From positions 56,423-120,422 of the forward strand of contig WBUG01000001.1 in the NCBI GenBank assembly GCA_008933835.1: a DNA stretch of 64,000 bases, given 5' to 3'. A program made the translations under genes and the position numbers. The stretch's first letter is position 1. The number at the start of each line of letters is the position of its first letter. Of the stretch, positions 1 to 11,129 are shown piece by piece. Origin of the DNA: Bacteroidota bacterium (lineage in GTDB: Bacteria; Bacteroidota; Ignavibacteria; UBA10030; UBA8401). The notes under the pieces are model-generated. The model did no database searches. It was not told the origin of the DNA and was given only the letters and a program-made list of their open reading frames with translations.

Positions 1-93
1 GGACTCAACATGGTGGACGGACTCATCACCTACAAGGGAGTCGCCGACGCGTTCCATATGAAGCACACGCCGGTCGACACCATCCTCCGCTGA
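1..93 (+). CDS. ald: Alanine dehydrogenase, C-terminal end (partial)
   Basis: Frame 1 reads GLNMVDGLITYKGVADAFHMKHTPVDTILR*, resembling the GLN..dG.it...VA.a C-terminus of Ald. Only 30 codons are visible. Confidence 0.7.
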   Translation, partial: GLNMVDGLITYKGVADAFHMKHTPVDTILR

Positions 94-112
94 CGTTACG
101 CATCTCCGCCGC

Positions 113-142
113 CGTCCCCGGCGCCTCACGGCGCCGGGGACG
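113..142 (+). terminator. GC-rich hairpin after ald (no U-tract)
   Basis: CGTCCCCGGCGCC-tcac-GGCGCCGGGGACG, a perfect 13-bp stem just after the stop. Confidence 0.45.
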
Positions 143-269
143 CGTCGTGTACAGGGGAGGGAACCGCGGCGGGAACGCTTTTCCGCTTTTAATCATGGAC
201 TTTTTTCCATACATTTCTTCAGTTGGATACAGTCTTTTTTGAATCCCGACACCATTTTCGCAGCGGACC

Positions 270-1943
270 ATGCCTAACGTAACCATCACCATCGACGGAC
301 AGCCGTACCAGGTCGACGGGTCGAAGACCATCATCGAGGCCGCGCGGGCGCACGGCATCAGCATCCCGCACTTCTGCTGGCACGAGAAACTGTCACCCGC
401 CGGGAACTGCCGTATCTGTCTGGTCGAGGTCGAGAAGATGCCGAAGCTCGCCATCGCGTGCATGACGCAGGTGACGGACGGCATGGTGGTGAACACGAAG
501 AACGAGCGGGTCATCAACGCCCGCGAAGCGGTGATGGAGTTCATCCTCATCAATCACCCGCTCGACTGTCCCATCTGCGACGAAGCGGGCGAGTGCAAGC
601 TGCAGGACTACGCGTACAAGTACAGCCAGGGCTTCAGCCGGTTCGTCGAGGACAAGGTGCACAAACCGAAGCGGGTGGAGGTCGGTCCGCGGGTGATGCT
701 CGACGCCGAGCGCTGCATCATGTGCTCGCGCTGCGTCCGCTTCTGCGACGAGGTGGCGGGGGAGCACCAGCTGCAGTTCGTCCAGCGCGGCGACCGCGTC
801 CAGCTCACCACCTTCCCCGGCAAGGAACTGGACAATCCCTACTCGATGAACGTGGTGGACATCTGCCCGGTCGGCGCGCTCACCAACAAGGACTTCCGCT
901 TCCGTTCCCGCGTGTGGGAGATGTCCTTCACCGATTCGGTCTGCTCCGGCTGCGCCCGCGGCTGCAACATCGAGATCGGCGTCCGGAACAACGAGATCCT
1001 CCGGCTCACTCCCCGGAAGAACGACGACGTGAACAGCGTCTGGATGTGTGACCACGGCCGCGTCGAGACGTTCAAGCACGTCAATGCGGAGGACCGCATC
1101 AAAGCCCCCAAAGTGCGCAAGGAGGGGACGCTCGCGCCGGTTGGTTGGGACGAAGCGTTCGCCAAAGTGGCCTCGGAACTCCGGTCCTTCAACGCCTCGC
1201 AGGTCGCCGTGCTCGGTTCGGCCTTCGCTACGAACGAGGACAATTACCTGATGGCACGGTTCGCGCGCGAGGTCATCGGCACACGCAACATCGACTTCGC
1301 CCGCCACCAGCACGGACAGGACGACGCGGTGCTCATCCGGGCGGACAAGACGCCGAACGCCGCCGGGGCCGAAGCGGCCGGCGTGAAGCCGGGCGACAGC
1401 GGTCTCTCCTTCGACCAGATCATCGCCGCCGTGAAGGAAGGGAAGATCAAGGCGCTGTACTGCCTGGAGGACGATATCGCCGCCATCCCGGGGGTCCGAG
1501 AAGCGCTGGAGAAGCTTGAGTTCTTCGCCGTGCACGCCACCAATCACAACGCCACCACCGAGCTGGCGGACGTCGTCTTCGCCGCCTCCGCGTTCGCGGA
1601 GAAGAGCGGCACCTGGACCAACTTCCGGCACCGCGTGCAGCGCATCCGTCCCGCCGTCGCCACCCTGGAGCAGGACCGCACCATGGACGATTTCGCCATG
1701 AGCCGCTGGGACAAGTTCGCGGCGCACAACGACAAGTGGGGGAAAGGCCCGCGGCGTGATGCGCGTCCCTCCTGGAAGATCGTCGCCGGACTCGCCGGCG
1801 CGATGGGGACCAAATACAAGTTCTCGTCGGCGGACGAGGTCTTCGGAGAGATGTCGCATAAACTGGAACCGTTCCGCTCGCTCTCCTACCTGAAGGTCGG
1901 AACGAAGGGGACGCCCCTGCACACGGCTCCCGTCACCGCGTAA
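270..1943 (+). CDS. nuoG: NADH-quinone oxidoreductase subunit G
   Basis: IPHFCWH..LSPAGNCRICLVE, NHPLDCPICDEAGECKLQD, RCIMCSRCVRFC, CPVGAL and CSGCARGC Fe-S motifs; followed by nuoH/I. Confidence 0.93.
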   Translation: MPNVTITIDGQPYQVDGSKTIIEAARAHGISIPHFCWHEKLSPAGNCRICLVEVEKMPKLAIACMTQVTDGMVVNTKNERVINAREAVMEFILINHPLDCPICDEAGECKLQDYAYKYSQGFSRFVEDKVHKPKRVEVGPRVMLDAERCIMCSRCVRFCDEVAGEHQLQFVQRGDRVQLTTFPGKELDNPYSMNVVDICPVGALTNKDFRFRSRVWEMSFTDSVCSGCARGCNIEIGVRNNEILRLTPRKNDDVNSVWMCDHGRVETFKHVNAEDRIKAPKVRKEGTLAPVGWDEAFAKVASELRSFNASQVAVLGSAFATNEDNYLMARFAREVIGTRNIDFARHQHGQDDAVLIRADKTPNAAGAEAAGVKPGDSGLSFDQIIAAVKEGKIKALYCLEDDIAAIPGVREALEKLEFFAVHATNHNATTELADVVFAASAFAEKSGTWTNFRHRVQRIRPAVATLEQDRTMDDFAMSRWDKFAAHNDKWGKGPRRDARPSWKIVAGLAGAMGTKYKFSSADEVFGEMSHKLEPFRSLSYLKVGTKGTPLHTAPVTA

Positions 1944-1952
1944 GAAAGTCCT

Positions 1953-3011
1953 ATGGAACCGACACCAATCGCCATCGCCATCGAAGCGCTCGTCAAGATC
2001 GGGCTGGTGCTCATCATCATCCTGACCACCGTCGCCTACCTCGTGCTCGCCGAGCGCAAGGTGAGCGCGTTCATCCAGAACCGGAAAGGACCGAACCGGG
2101 TCGGACCGTGGGGCCTCTTCCAGCCGGTGGCGGACATCGTGAAGCTCTTCCTGAAGGAGGATGTGGTCCCGTCGGCGGCGAACAATTTCGTCCACACGCT
2201 CGCACCGGTCATTTCGCTGTCGGTGGCCCTCTCCACGTTTGCCGTGGTGCCGTTCGGCGATACCATCACCATCCCGTTCGGCGGCGAAGAGTACACGTTC
2301 AACTTGATGATCGCGGATGTCAATGTCGGCATCCTGTACATCCTCGCCCTCACGTCGCTCGGCGTCTACGGTCTCACCCTGAGCGGATGGTCCTCCAACA
2401 ACAAATATTCGCTCCTCGGCGGCCTGCGCGCCTCGGCGCAGATGGTCAGTTACGAGCTTTCGATGGGGCTCTCCATCATCAGTGTGCTGCTCATCTCCAA
2501 TTCGCTGCAGCTGGACGACATCGTGCGCGCGCAGGGAGGATACCTGCTCGGCTTCCTGCCGAACTGGAACATGTTCCTCCAGCCGGTCGCTTTCATCATC
2601 TTCGTCGCCGCCTCGTTCGCCGAGACCAACCGTCTGCCGTTCGACCTTCCCGAAGCGGAGCCGGAACTGGTGGCCGGGTACCACACGGAGTACTCCGGGA
2701 TGAAGTTCGGCCTCTTCTTCCTGGCCGAGTACGCGAACATGATCACCTCCTCCGCCGTCATCGCGACCCTCTTCCTCGGCGGATGGCAGGCGCCGTACAT
2801 CGAACATCTTGGACTCTCGCCGCTCATGACGAGCCTGGCGCAGGTCGGCGCGTTCATGACGAAGGTGGGCGCCGTGCTGCTGTTCTACATCATCGTGCGG
2901 TGGACCATCCCGCGGTTCCGCTATGACCAGCTGATGAACCTGGGATGGAAGGTGATGATCCCGCTGTCGCTCGTGAACATTCTGGTCACCGGCCTTGTTC
3001 TCCTTCTATAA
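1953..3011 (+). CDS. nuoH: NADH-quinone oxidoreductase subunit H
   Basis: ERKVSAFIQNRKGPNRVGPWG and AETNRLPFDLPEAEPELVAGYHTEYSG; multiple TM helices. Confidence 0.97.
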   Translation: MEPTPIAIAIEALVKIGLVLIIILTTVAYLVLAERKVSAFIQNRKGPNRVGPWGLFQPVADIVKLFLKEDVVPSAANNFVHTLAPVISLSVALSTFAVVPFGDTITIPFGGEEYTFNLMIADVNVGILYILALTSLGVYGLTLSGWSSNNKYSLLGGLRASAQMVSYELSMGLSIISVLLISNSLQLDDIVRAQGGYLLGFLPNWNMFLQPVAFIIFVAASFAETNRLPFDLPEAEPELVAGYHTEYSGMKFGLFFLAEYANMITSSAVIATLFLGGWQAPYIEHLGLSPLMTSLAQVGAFMTKVGAVLLFYIIVRWTIPRFRYDQLMNLGWKVMIPLSLVNILVTGLVLLL

Positions 3012-3026
3012 CCCAATCCATTCGGC

Positions 3027-3542
3027 ATGAGCAACGATACGTACCTGAAGAAGAGCGAAGAAGTGCGCCGGAAGGACCTCACCTTCTGGCAGCGCCTCTA
3101 TTTCCCCGAGATCCTGAAGGGGATGACCGTGACCATCGGCGAGATGTTCAAGCCGCGCGTCACCGTCAATTATCCCGAAGAGCGATTCACGCCCCCGTCG
3201 TCGTTCCGGGGACGTCCCGTCCTCGTCCACGAGAACGGGACCGAGCGCTGCGTGGCATGCGGACTCTGCAGCCGCGTCTGCCCGGCCCTCGCCATCGAAG
3301 TGCAGGCGGCCGAGACGCCGCTGGACAAGGAACGCTTCCCGGAGAAGTTCGAGATCAACATGACGCGTTGCATCTTCTGCGGATTCTGCGAAGAGGTCTG
3401 CCCGGAAGAGGCCATCATCATGAGCAACGAGTACGAACTGGCGTTCTCCAGCCAGCAGGAATCGGTCTTCGGCAAGGACAAACTGCTGAAGTCGGTCGAA
3501 GAGATGAAACCGCGGCTCGATTTCCTGCGGGCCCACCGCTGA
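3027..3542 (+). CDS. nuoI: NADH-quinone oxidoreductase subunit I
   Basis: Two 4Fe-4S motifs, CVACGLCSRVCP and CIFCGFCEEVCP; also TVNYPEE and FRG. Confidence 0.96.
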   Translation: MSNDTYLKKSEEVRRKDLTFWQRLYFPEILKGMTVTIGEMFKPRVTVNYPEERFTPPSSFRGRPVLVHENGTERCVACGLCSRVCPALAIEVQAAETPLDKERFPEKFEINMTRCIFCGFCEEVCPEEAIIMSNEYELAFSSQQESVFGKDKLLKSVEEMKPRLDFLRAHR

Positions 3543-3565
3543 GCCGTCGTCATACACGTATCACG

Positions 3566-3597
3566 ATGCGCTGACATGTCAGCGCATTTTTATTTTT
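3566..3597 (+). terminator. Intrinsic terminator of nuoGHI
   Basis: 22-bp perfect palindrome ATGCGCTGACATGTCAGCGCAT running into a T-rich tract. Confidence 0.7.
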
Positions 3598-3611
3598 GAA
3601 AGGAACGAACG

Positions 3612-4535
3612 ATGAAGGTCGGGATCGTGGGAGCGGGATTCGTCGGTGCGGCGGCCGGATACGCCATGGTGCTGCGGAATTCCTGCCGGGAACTGGTGCT
3701 GGTGGACGTGAACCGCGCGAAGGCCGAAGCCGAAGCGAGCGACCTGCAGCACGCCACGCCGGTCTCCCATCCCGTCATCGTCCGGGCGGGGGAGTACGCC
3801 GACCTCGCCGGCGCGTCCGTCGTCGTCATCACCGCCGGCGTCAATCAGCGTCCCGGCGAGACGCGGCTGGACCTCATCGGACGCAACGTGGCGGTCTTCA
3901 GCGCCGTGGTTCCGCGCATCGTCGAAGCGGCGCCGGAGGCGGTCATCCTCGTGGCGACCAATCCGGTGGACATCCTGACGACCATCGCGGAACGGCTCGC
4001 GGGGGGCCGGAAGGGACAGGTGCTCGGTTCCGGCACCACGCTGGACACGGTGCGCTTCCGCGCGCTCGTGGCGGGTCATGTCGGAGTGGACCCGCATCAC
4101 GTGCACGGCTACGTCGTCGGGGAGCACGGCGACAGCGAAGTGATCGTCTGGAGCAGCGCCACCGTCGCCGGGATGCCGGTGGCGGACTTCTGCGCCGCCC
4201 GCTCCATTCCATGGACGCCGGACCTGCAGGCGTCCATCACCGAGAACGTCCGCCGCGCCGCGTACCATATCATCGGCGGAAAGGGGGCCACGTACTACGG
4301 TATCGGCGCCGTTCTGGCGCACATCACCGAACGCATCCTGCGCGACCAGCGGGCCATCCTCACCGTCAGCGAGACGGTGGAGGAGTACGGCGTCGCGCTT
4401 TCGTACCCTCGCCTGGTGGGCGGGGCCGGCGTGCTCGACTCGGTCGGTCTCTCCATGAACGACGACGAACGTGCGCTGCTGCATGCCAGCGCGGACATCC
4501 TCCGTACTGCCATCGCCTCCGTCCCCGCACGTTGA
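3612..4535 (+). CDS. ldh: L-lactate dehydrogenase
   Basis: GAGFVG Rossmann motif; [13 protein letters not shown] with Gln at the LDH/MDH specificity position; NPVD; GEHGDS. Confidence 0.92.
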   Translation: MKVGIVGAGFVGAAAGYAMVLRNSCRELVLVDVNRAKAEAEASDLQHATPVSHPVIVRAGEYADLAGASVVVITAGVNQRPGETRLDLIGRNVAVFSAVVPRIVEAAPEAVILVATNPVDILTTIAERLAGGRKGQVLGSGTTLDTVRFRALVAGHVGVDPHHVHGYVVGEHGDSEVIVWSSATVAGMPVADFCAARSIPWTPDLQASITENVRRAAYHIIGGKGATYYGIGAVLAHITERILRDQRAILTVSETVEEYGVALSYPRLVGGAGVLDSVGLSMNDDERALLHASADILRTAIASVPAR

Positions 4536-4560
4536 CACTGAACTCTCGGCTCTCTATATT
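4532..4560 (+). promoter_or_regulatory. Sigma70-type promoter for comM, overlapping the ldh stop
   Basis: TTGACA (4532-4537), 17-nt spacer, TATATT (4555-4560); an 11-bp hairpin follows at 4569-4594. Confidence 0.65.
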
Positions 4561-4653
4561 CTGACACCGTTCCGCTTCCCCCCGGAAGCGGAACCGTCCC
4601 GCGCCCCGCCCGTTCACCGCACCCATCACCGCGCCCGGAATCGAGTCCCATCC

Positions 4654-6192
4654 ATGCTCACCACGGTCCGCTCCGCAGCGGTCTTCGGCATCAACGCGTA
4701 CCTCGTCGAGATCGAGACGAACATCGAGAACACCGTTCCCAACTTCTTCCTCGTCGGCCTGCCGGACAACGCGGTGAAGGAGAGCCGTGAACGGGTCGCC
4801 TCGGCCCTCAAGAACGCCGGCTATCTCTACCCCAACAAGCGGGTCACCATCAACATGGCTCCCGCGGACATCAAGAAGGAGGGGTCGTCGTACGACCTCC
4901 CGCTCGCCGTCGGCATGCTCGCGTCGAGCGGACAGGTGGGGTCCGACCTTTTCGCGGACCATGTGATGCTCGGAGAGCTGGCGCTGGACGGTACGCTGCG
5001 TCCGGTGCACGGCGCGCTCCCCATCGCGGTGGAGCTCCGGAAGAAGAAGGTGAAGGGGCTCATCCTGCCGGAACAGAACGCCCGCGAAGCGGCGATGGTG
5101 GAGGGGATCGACGTGTACGGCGTCTCGACCCTCACGGAGGCGGTGGAGCTGCTCGACGGACGGAGCGGGCTCCGTCCGCTCCGCATGAACATGCGCGAAG
5201 TGTTCGCGGCGGACCACCGCACAGCGGCGGACTTCTCCGAAGTGAAGGGGCAGGAGAACGTGAAGCGCGCGCTCGAAGTGGCCGCGGCAGGAGGGCATAA
5301 CATCATCATGATCGGTCCTCCCGGTTCCGGGAAGACGATGCTCGCGCGGCGGCTGCCGGGCATCCTACCGCCGCTGACGTTCGAAGAGAGCATCGAAACG
5401 ACCAAGATCCACTCCGTCTCCGGTACGCTTCCCCCGGGTTCCGCCCTCGTCGTGCACCGGCCGTTCCGTTCCCCGCACCATACCATCTCGGACAGCGCAC
5501 TGGTGGGGGGCGGCACCATTCCCCGTCCCGGCGAGATCTCGCTCGCACATTTCGGCGTTCTCTTCCTCGATGAACTGCCGGAGTTCGCCCGCAATGTGCT
5601 GGAAGTGATGCGCCAGCCTCTCGAGGATGGACGCGTCACCATCAGCCGTTCGAGGATGTCGGTCGACTTTCCCGCGAGTTTCATGCTCGTCTGCGCGATG
5701 AACCCCTGTCCCTGCGGCAACCACGGCAATCCGGGAGCGGAATGCACCTGCACGCCGCTGCAGATCCAGAAGTACATGGGGAAGATCTCCGGTCCGCTGC
5801 TGGACCGCATCGACATCCATGTCGAAGTCCCGGCGGTGAAGGTGGCGGAACTGGCGCAGAAGCGGCCGGGCGAAGCGTCCGCGGCCATACGGGAGCGGGT
5901 CGTCACAGCGCGCGACGTGCAGCTGCGGCGCTTCTCGGAACGGCAGAAGCATCTCTACTCCAACGCGGCGATGCAGTCCCGCGACATCCGCGAGTTCTGC
6001 CGCATCGATGCGGCGGGGGAGGAGCTGCTCAAGATGGCGATGACGAAGCTCGGGCTCTCCGCTCGGGCGTACGACCGCATCCTGAAAGTGTCGCGGACCA
6101 TCGCTGACCTCGCCGGTACGGAGCATATCCGGACCGAGCACCTTAGCGAAGCGATCCAGTACCGCAGTCTCGATCGGAATCTCTGGATGTGA
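4654..6192 (+). CDS. comM: YifB/ComM Mg-chelatase-like AAA+ ATPase
   Basis: [48 protein letters not shown]. Start moved to ATG 4654 ([12 protein letters not shown]). Confidence 0.93.
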   Translation: MLTTVRSAAVFGINAYLVEIETNIENTVPNFFLVGLPDNAVKESRERVASALKNAGYLYPNKRVTINMAPADIKKEGSSYDLPLAVGMLASSGQVGSDLFADHVMLGELALDGTLRPVHGALPIAVELRKKKVKGLILPEQNAREAAMVEGIDVYGVSTLTEAVELLDGRSGLRPLRMNMREVFAADHRTAADFSEVKGQENVKRALEVAAAGGHNIIMIGPPGSGKTMLARRLPGILPPLTFEESIETTKIHSVSGTLPPGSALVVHRPFRSPHHTISDSALVGGGTIPRPGEISLAHFGVLFLDELPEFARNVLEVMRQPLEDGRVTISRSRMSVDFPASFMLVCAMNPCPCGNHGNPGAECTCTPLQIQKYMGKISGPLLDRIDIHVEVPAVKVAELAQKRPGEASAAIRERVVTARDVQLRRFSERQKHLYSNAAMQSRDIREFCRIDAAGEELLKMAMTKLGLSARAYDRILKVSRTIADLAGTEHIRTEHLSEAIQYRSLDRNLWM

Positions 6193-6329
6193 CCGTTCAA
6201 TCGATGAGACCACCTCTGTCGCAATCGATAAAACCCTCTTTTATCGTATTTAATATTGAAAAGACAGAATTATCCGCTTATCGGTTTTGCGGATCGAATA
6301 TTCGAAAAACCGCTGAAATGATGCCGTTT

Positions 6330-6356
6330 CAAATGTGACAAAAGGAGTCACATTTG
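6330..6356. promoter_or_regulatory. Inverted-repeat operator candidate upstream of rrf2-cydAB
   Basis: CAAATGTGAC-N7-GTCACATTTG, perfect 10-bp arms in an AT-rich intergenic region. Confidence 0.55.
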
Positions 6357-6408
6357 GCATTAAGATTGTAATGATGTCGTCGGTTCTTATGATTGAGAGG
6401 GAAATGGA

Positions 6409-6840
6409 ATGACGATGACATTGATGATCGAATACGCCGTCCGGATGCTCATGGCGATGGGAACCGCCGAACCGGGGGCCATCTTCAACATCCGCGCCAT
6501 CGCCCAGCTGTACGGAATTCCGGAAAAGTATCTCCGGAAGATCGTTCCGCTGCTGACGAAGCAGGGGATCCTTCTCTCGAAGAAAGGGAACCGGGGCGGT
6601 ATTGCGCTGGCACGTCCGGCGGATTCCATATCGCTCCTGGACATCATCATGGCGGTCGACGGCGACATCTTCCTGAACCGCTGCACGTTCTCGGAGACCT
6701 TCTGCCACCGCACCCCCTGGTGCGCGGTCCATTCCGTCTGGGTGGAAGCGCAGGAACATCTGAAGTCGTTCCTTGCGAAGAAATCCATTCGGCACCTCGC
6801 AGCGCAAACTGCGTACAATAAACTGCACCACACCGCATAA
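6409..6840 (+). CDS. Rrf2-family transcriptional regulator (3-Cys, Fe-S type)
   Basis: EYAVR..IA..YGIPEKYLRKI..SKKGNRGGIALARP..ISLLDII; C-terminal C-x6-C-x5-C (NRCTFSETFCHRTPWC). Confidence 0.9.
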   Translation: MTMTLMIEYAVRMLMAMGTAEPGAIFNIRAIAQLYGIPEKYLRKIVPLLTKQGILLSKKGNRGGIALARPADSISLLDIIMAVDGDIFLNRCTFSETFCHRTPWCAVHSVWVEAQEHLKSFLAKKSIRHLAAQTAYNKLHHTA

Positions 6841-6852
6841 AGGAGAACATCT

Positions 6853-8184
6853 ATGGATGCATTGCTCTTGGCCAGGATCCAGTTCGCCATGACGGTGGGA
6901 TTCCACTTCATCTTTCCGCCGCTCTCCATCGGACTGGCATGGCTGCTGGTCATCATCGAGGGACTGGGATGGAGGACGAAGAATCCCGTCTACACCGTCA
7001 TCGGCAAGTTTTACGGCAGGATCCTCGGCATCATTTTCGCCGTGGGCGTGGCGACGGGCATCGTGATGGAGTTCCAGTTCGGCACCAACTGGGCCGAATA
7101 TTCCAAGTTCGTCGGCGATATCTTCGGCGCTCCGCTCGCGGCCGAAGGGCTCTTCGCCTTTTTCCTCGAGTCGACCTTCCTCGGACTGTACCTGCTCGGC
7201 CGCAACCGCGTCTCGGCCGGCGTGCACTGGTTCTCCATTCTGATGGTCGCGGTCGGTTCCACCATCTCCGCCTTCTGGATCCTCGTCGCCAATTCGTGGC
7301 AGCAGACGCCGGCGGGGTTCACGCTGCGTAACGGCCGGGCGGAGCTCACGGACTTCTGGGCTGCGGTCTTCAATCCCTCGACCATGGTCCGTTTCTTCCA
7401 CACCGTCGATGCCGCGCTCATCGCGGGTTCCTTCCTCGTCGCCGGTACGGCGGCCTACCTCATCGTGAAGGGGATCCAGACCGAGACCGCCAAGAAGGCG
7501 CTCACGATCGGCATCGTGACCGGTCTCGCCGTTTCGCTGCTGGAAGTCTTTCCGTTCGGCCACGAACACGGCCGCCAGGTGGCGCAGACGCAGCCGGAGA
7601 AGTTCGCCGCCATTCAGGGGCTGTACACGTCGCAGTCCGGCGCGCCGGTCGCCCTCTTCGCGCTTCCCACGGACCGTCCGCCGGAACTGAAGGCGAAGGT
7701 GGAGATCCCCGGTCTGCTGAGCTGGCTCGCGTTCGGCGACGTCAACGCGACCATCAAGGGCATCAATGAGTTCCCGGCGGACGAGGTGCCGCCCCTGTGG
7801 CTCACCTTCGTTTCGTACCACAACATGGTGGCGCTGGGGATGTACTTCATCCTAGTGATGGCCGTCGCGGTGTTCCTGCGCTGGCGCGGGACGCTGTGGA
7901 ACAGTCCTCGCTTCCTCAAACTCCTCTTCTGGTCCATCCCGCTGCCGGTGGCCGCCTGTCAGTTCGGGTGGGTGGCGGCGGAGGTGGGACGGCAGCCGTG
8001 GATCGTCTATAAACTGATGCGCACCGCCGATGCGGCGTCCGTCGTCGTGGGGGCAGGGGAGATCCTCTTCTCCATCATCCTGTTCGCGCTCATTGACGTG
8101 TTGCTGTTCACGCTGCTCGTTCACTTCATCATGAAACAGCTTCGCCGCGGTCCGGAACCGCTGCATCTGAAGGAGGCCGTATGA
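6853..8184 (+). CDS. cydA: Cytochrome bd ubiquinol oxidase subunit I
   Basis: RIQFAMTVGFHFIFP, EFQFGTNW, FFLESTF, QPEKFAA, EVGRQPW; RBS AAGGAG. Confidence 0.96.
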   Translation: MDALLLARIQFAMTVGFHFIFPPLSIGLAWLLVIIEGLGWRTKNPVYTVIGKFYGRILGIIFAVGVATGIVMEFQFGTNWAEYSKFVGDIFGAPLAAEGLFAFFLESTFLGLYLLGRNRVSAGVHWFSILMVAVGSTISAFWILVANSWQQTPAGFTLRNGRAELTDFWAAVFNPSTMVRFFHTVDAALIAGSFLVAGTAAYLIVKGIQTETAKKALTIGIVTGLAVSLLEVFPFGHEHGRQVAQTQPEKFAAIQGLYTSQSGAPVALFALPTDRPPELKAKVEIPGLLSWLAFGDVNATIKGINEFPADEVPPLWLTFVSYHNMVALGMYFILVMAVAVFLRWRGTLWNSPRFLKLLFWSIPLPVAACQFGWVAAEVGRQPWIVYKLMRTADAASVVVGAGEILFSIILFALIDVLLFTLLVHFIMKQLRRGPEPLHLKEAV

Positions 8185-9200
8185 TCGATCTTAATGCCAT
8201 CTGGTTCGTGCTCGTCGCCGTCCTCATCGTCGGTTATGCCGTGCTCGACGGCTTCGACCTCGGCGTCGGTATGCTCCATCTCTTCGCGAAGGACGAGACG
8301 GAGCGCCGGAAGAACTTCAACGCCATCGGTCCGGTGTGGGACGGCAACGAAGTGTGGCTGCTGACGGGTGGCGGCGCGCTCTTCGCCGCGTTCCCGGTCG
8401 TGTACGCCACGGTCTTCAGCGGCTTCTACATGGCGCTCATGCTGCTGCTGGCCGCGCTCATCTTCCGCGCGGTGTCGTTCGAGTTCCGCAGCAAGTCCGA
8501 GACCCCGGGGGCGAAACGGGCGTGGGACGCCGCCTTCGGCGTATCGAGCTTCCTCATCGCGCTGCTCCTCTCGGTCGCGTTCGGCAACATCCTCAGCGGC
8601 GTTCCGCTGACGGCGGACGGGACGTACACCGGCACCTTCTTCGGTCTGCTCGATCCGTACTCCGTCCTCGTCGGTCTGCTCGGCGTGTCGCTCTTCGTGA
8701 TGCACGGAGCGGTGTACATGATGATGAAGTGCGACGGCGCGCAGCACGAACGGATGACCCGCACCGCCACCGGAGCGTGGGTCGCGGTCATCGTCCTCTT
8801 CCTGGCCGCCACCATGGCGACCTATTTCGCGGCGCCGTACCTGCTGGAAGACTCGCTCGGGAACCCGCTCATCTGGCTCTTCCTCGTTCTGCTGCTCGGC
8901 TCCATGGCGTACCTTCCGGTGGGCATCAAAGCCGGCCGTGGGGGATGGTCGTTCACGGCGTCGTCGGCGGTCATCGCGTCGCTGCTCGGCCTCAGCGCGG
9001 TGAGCCTTTTCCCGCGCCTGGTCCCGTCCAGTCTGGACCTCGCATACAGCCTCACTGTGTATAACTCCTCCTCGTCGCCGTACACCCTCAACGCGATGCT
9101 CATCATCGCGCTCATCGGCGTTCCCATCGTCCTCGCGTACACCATCTTCATCTACCGGGTGTTCAAAGGGAAGGTGGTCTTCGACGAAGAGAGCTATTGA
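8181..9200 (+). CDS. cydB: Cytochrome bd ubiquinol oxidase subunit II
   Basis: LDGFDLGVG and GPVWDGNEVWL; ATGA overlap with cydA. Confidence 0.96.
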   Translation: MIDLNAIWFVLVAVLIVGYAVLDGFDLGVGMLHLFAKDETERRKNFNAIGPVWDGNEVWLLTGGGALFAAFPVVYATVFSGFYMALMLLLAALIFRAVSFEFRSKSETPGAKRAWDAAFGVSSFLIALLLSVAFGNILSGVPLTADGTYTGTFFGLLDPYSVLVGLLGVSLFVMHGAVYMMMKCDGAQHERMTRTATGAWVAVIVLFLAATMATYFAAPYLLEDSLGNPLIWLFLVLLLGSMAYLPVGIKAGRGGWSFTASSAVIASLLGLSAVSLFPRLVPSSLDLAYSLTVYNSSSSPYTLNAMLIIALIGVPIVLAYTIFIYRVFKGKVVFDEESY

Positions 9201-9228
9201 GACGGCCCGTCCGTCCGCGTCACAATAT

Positions 9229-9265
9229 GCGCCTCCCGAGCGTTCAGCCGGAGGCGCTTTTTTTT
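9229..9265 (+). terminator. Intrinsic terminator after cydB
   Basis: GCGCCTCC...GGAGGCGC followed by T8. Confidence 0.8.
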
Positions 9266-9296
9266 CCTGCGATGCGCATTATGGGCGGCTTCCCGC

Positions 9297-9324
9297 TTGA
9301 CATCGCCGTAGAATTGTGTATATT
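9297..9324 (+). promoter_or_regulatory. Sigma70-type promoter of the met leader
   Basis: TTGACA, 16-nt spacer, TATATT preceded by TGTG; about 25 nt before the riboswitch. Confidence 0.65.
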
Positions 9325-9349
9325 ACAGATAGTTCTTTCAAACGAGCAT

Positions 9350-9458
9350 TTCATCAAGAGTGGACGAGGGACTGACCCGACGACTCCACAGCAACCGGTT
9401 CCGATGGCGATCGGAATGTCAGGTGCTCCATTCAGAAACCCCCACGGGTGAAGATGAA
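9350..9458 (+). ncRNA. SAM-I (S-box) riboswitch
   Basis: TTCATCAAGAG...GAGGGACTGACCCGACGA...GCAACC...AGGTGC...GAAGATGAA, with P1 formed by TTCATC/GATGAA; lies upstream of metY-metX. Confidence 0.9.
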
Positions 9459-9473
9459 CAAAGGACCGCACAC

Positions 9474-9510
9474 GACCCCTTTCTGTTCATCCACGGAAAG
9501 GGGTCTTTTC
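9474..9510 (+). terminator. Riboswitch expression-platform terminator
   Basis: GACCCCTTTCTGT-tcatcc-ACGGAAAGGGGTC-TTTT. Its TGTTCATC segment is complementary to the P1 3' strand GATGAACA, which gives the antiterminator alternative. Confidence 0.8.
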
Positions 9511-9561
9511 GTTTCCATCGCTCCGGACGGTGCACCGGTCTTCGCACCCGAAACCCGATGA

Positions 9562-11070
<1,509 letters not shown>

Positions 11071-11129
11071 TCACCGAACCTTGACGGCCGCGGACGGGGA
11101 CCATTTCCCCCGTCCGCACGTCATCTTCC

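Noticed and set aside
393-2807. 804-aa minus-strand ORF and similar long antisense ORFs (e.g. 14999-17485, 21540-23438, 35661-38000, 60028-62484)
   Set aside because: These are shadows of well-supported genes on the opposite strand, expected from high-GC codon bias, and they contain no recognisable motifs.
3612-4535. Malate dehydrogenase
   Set aside because: The specificity residue is Gln (GVNQRPG), which indicates lactate dehydrogenase.
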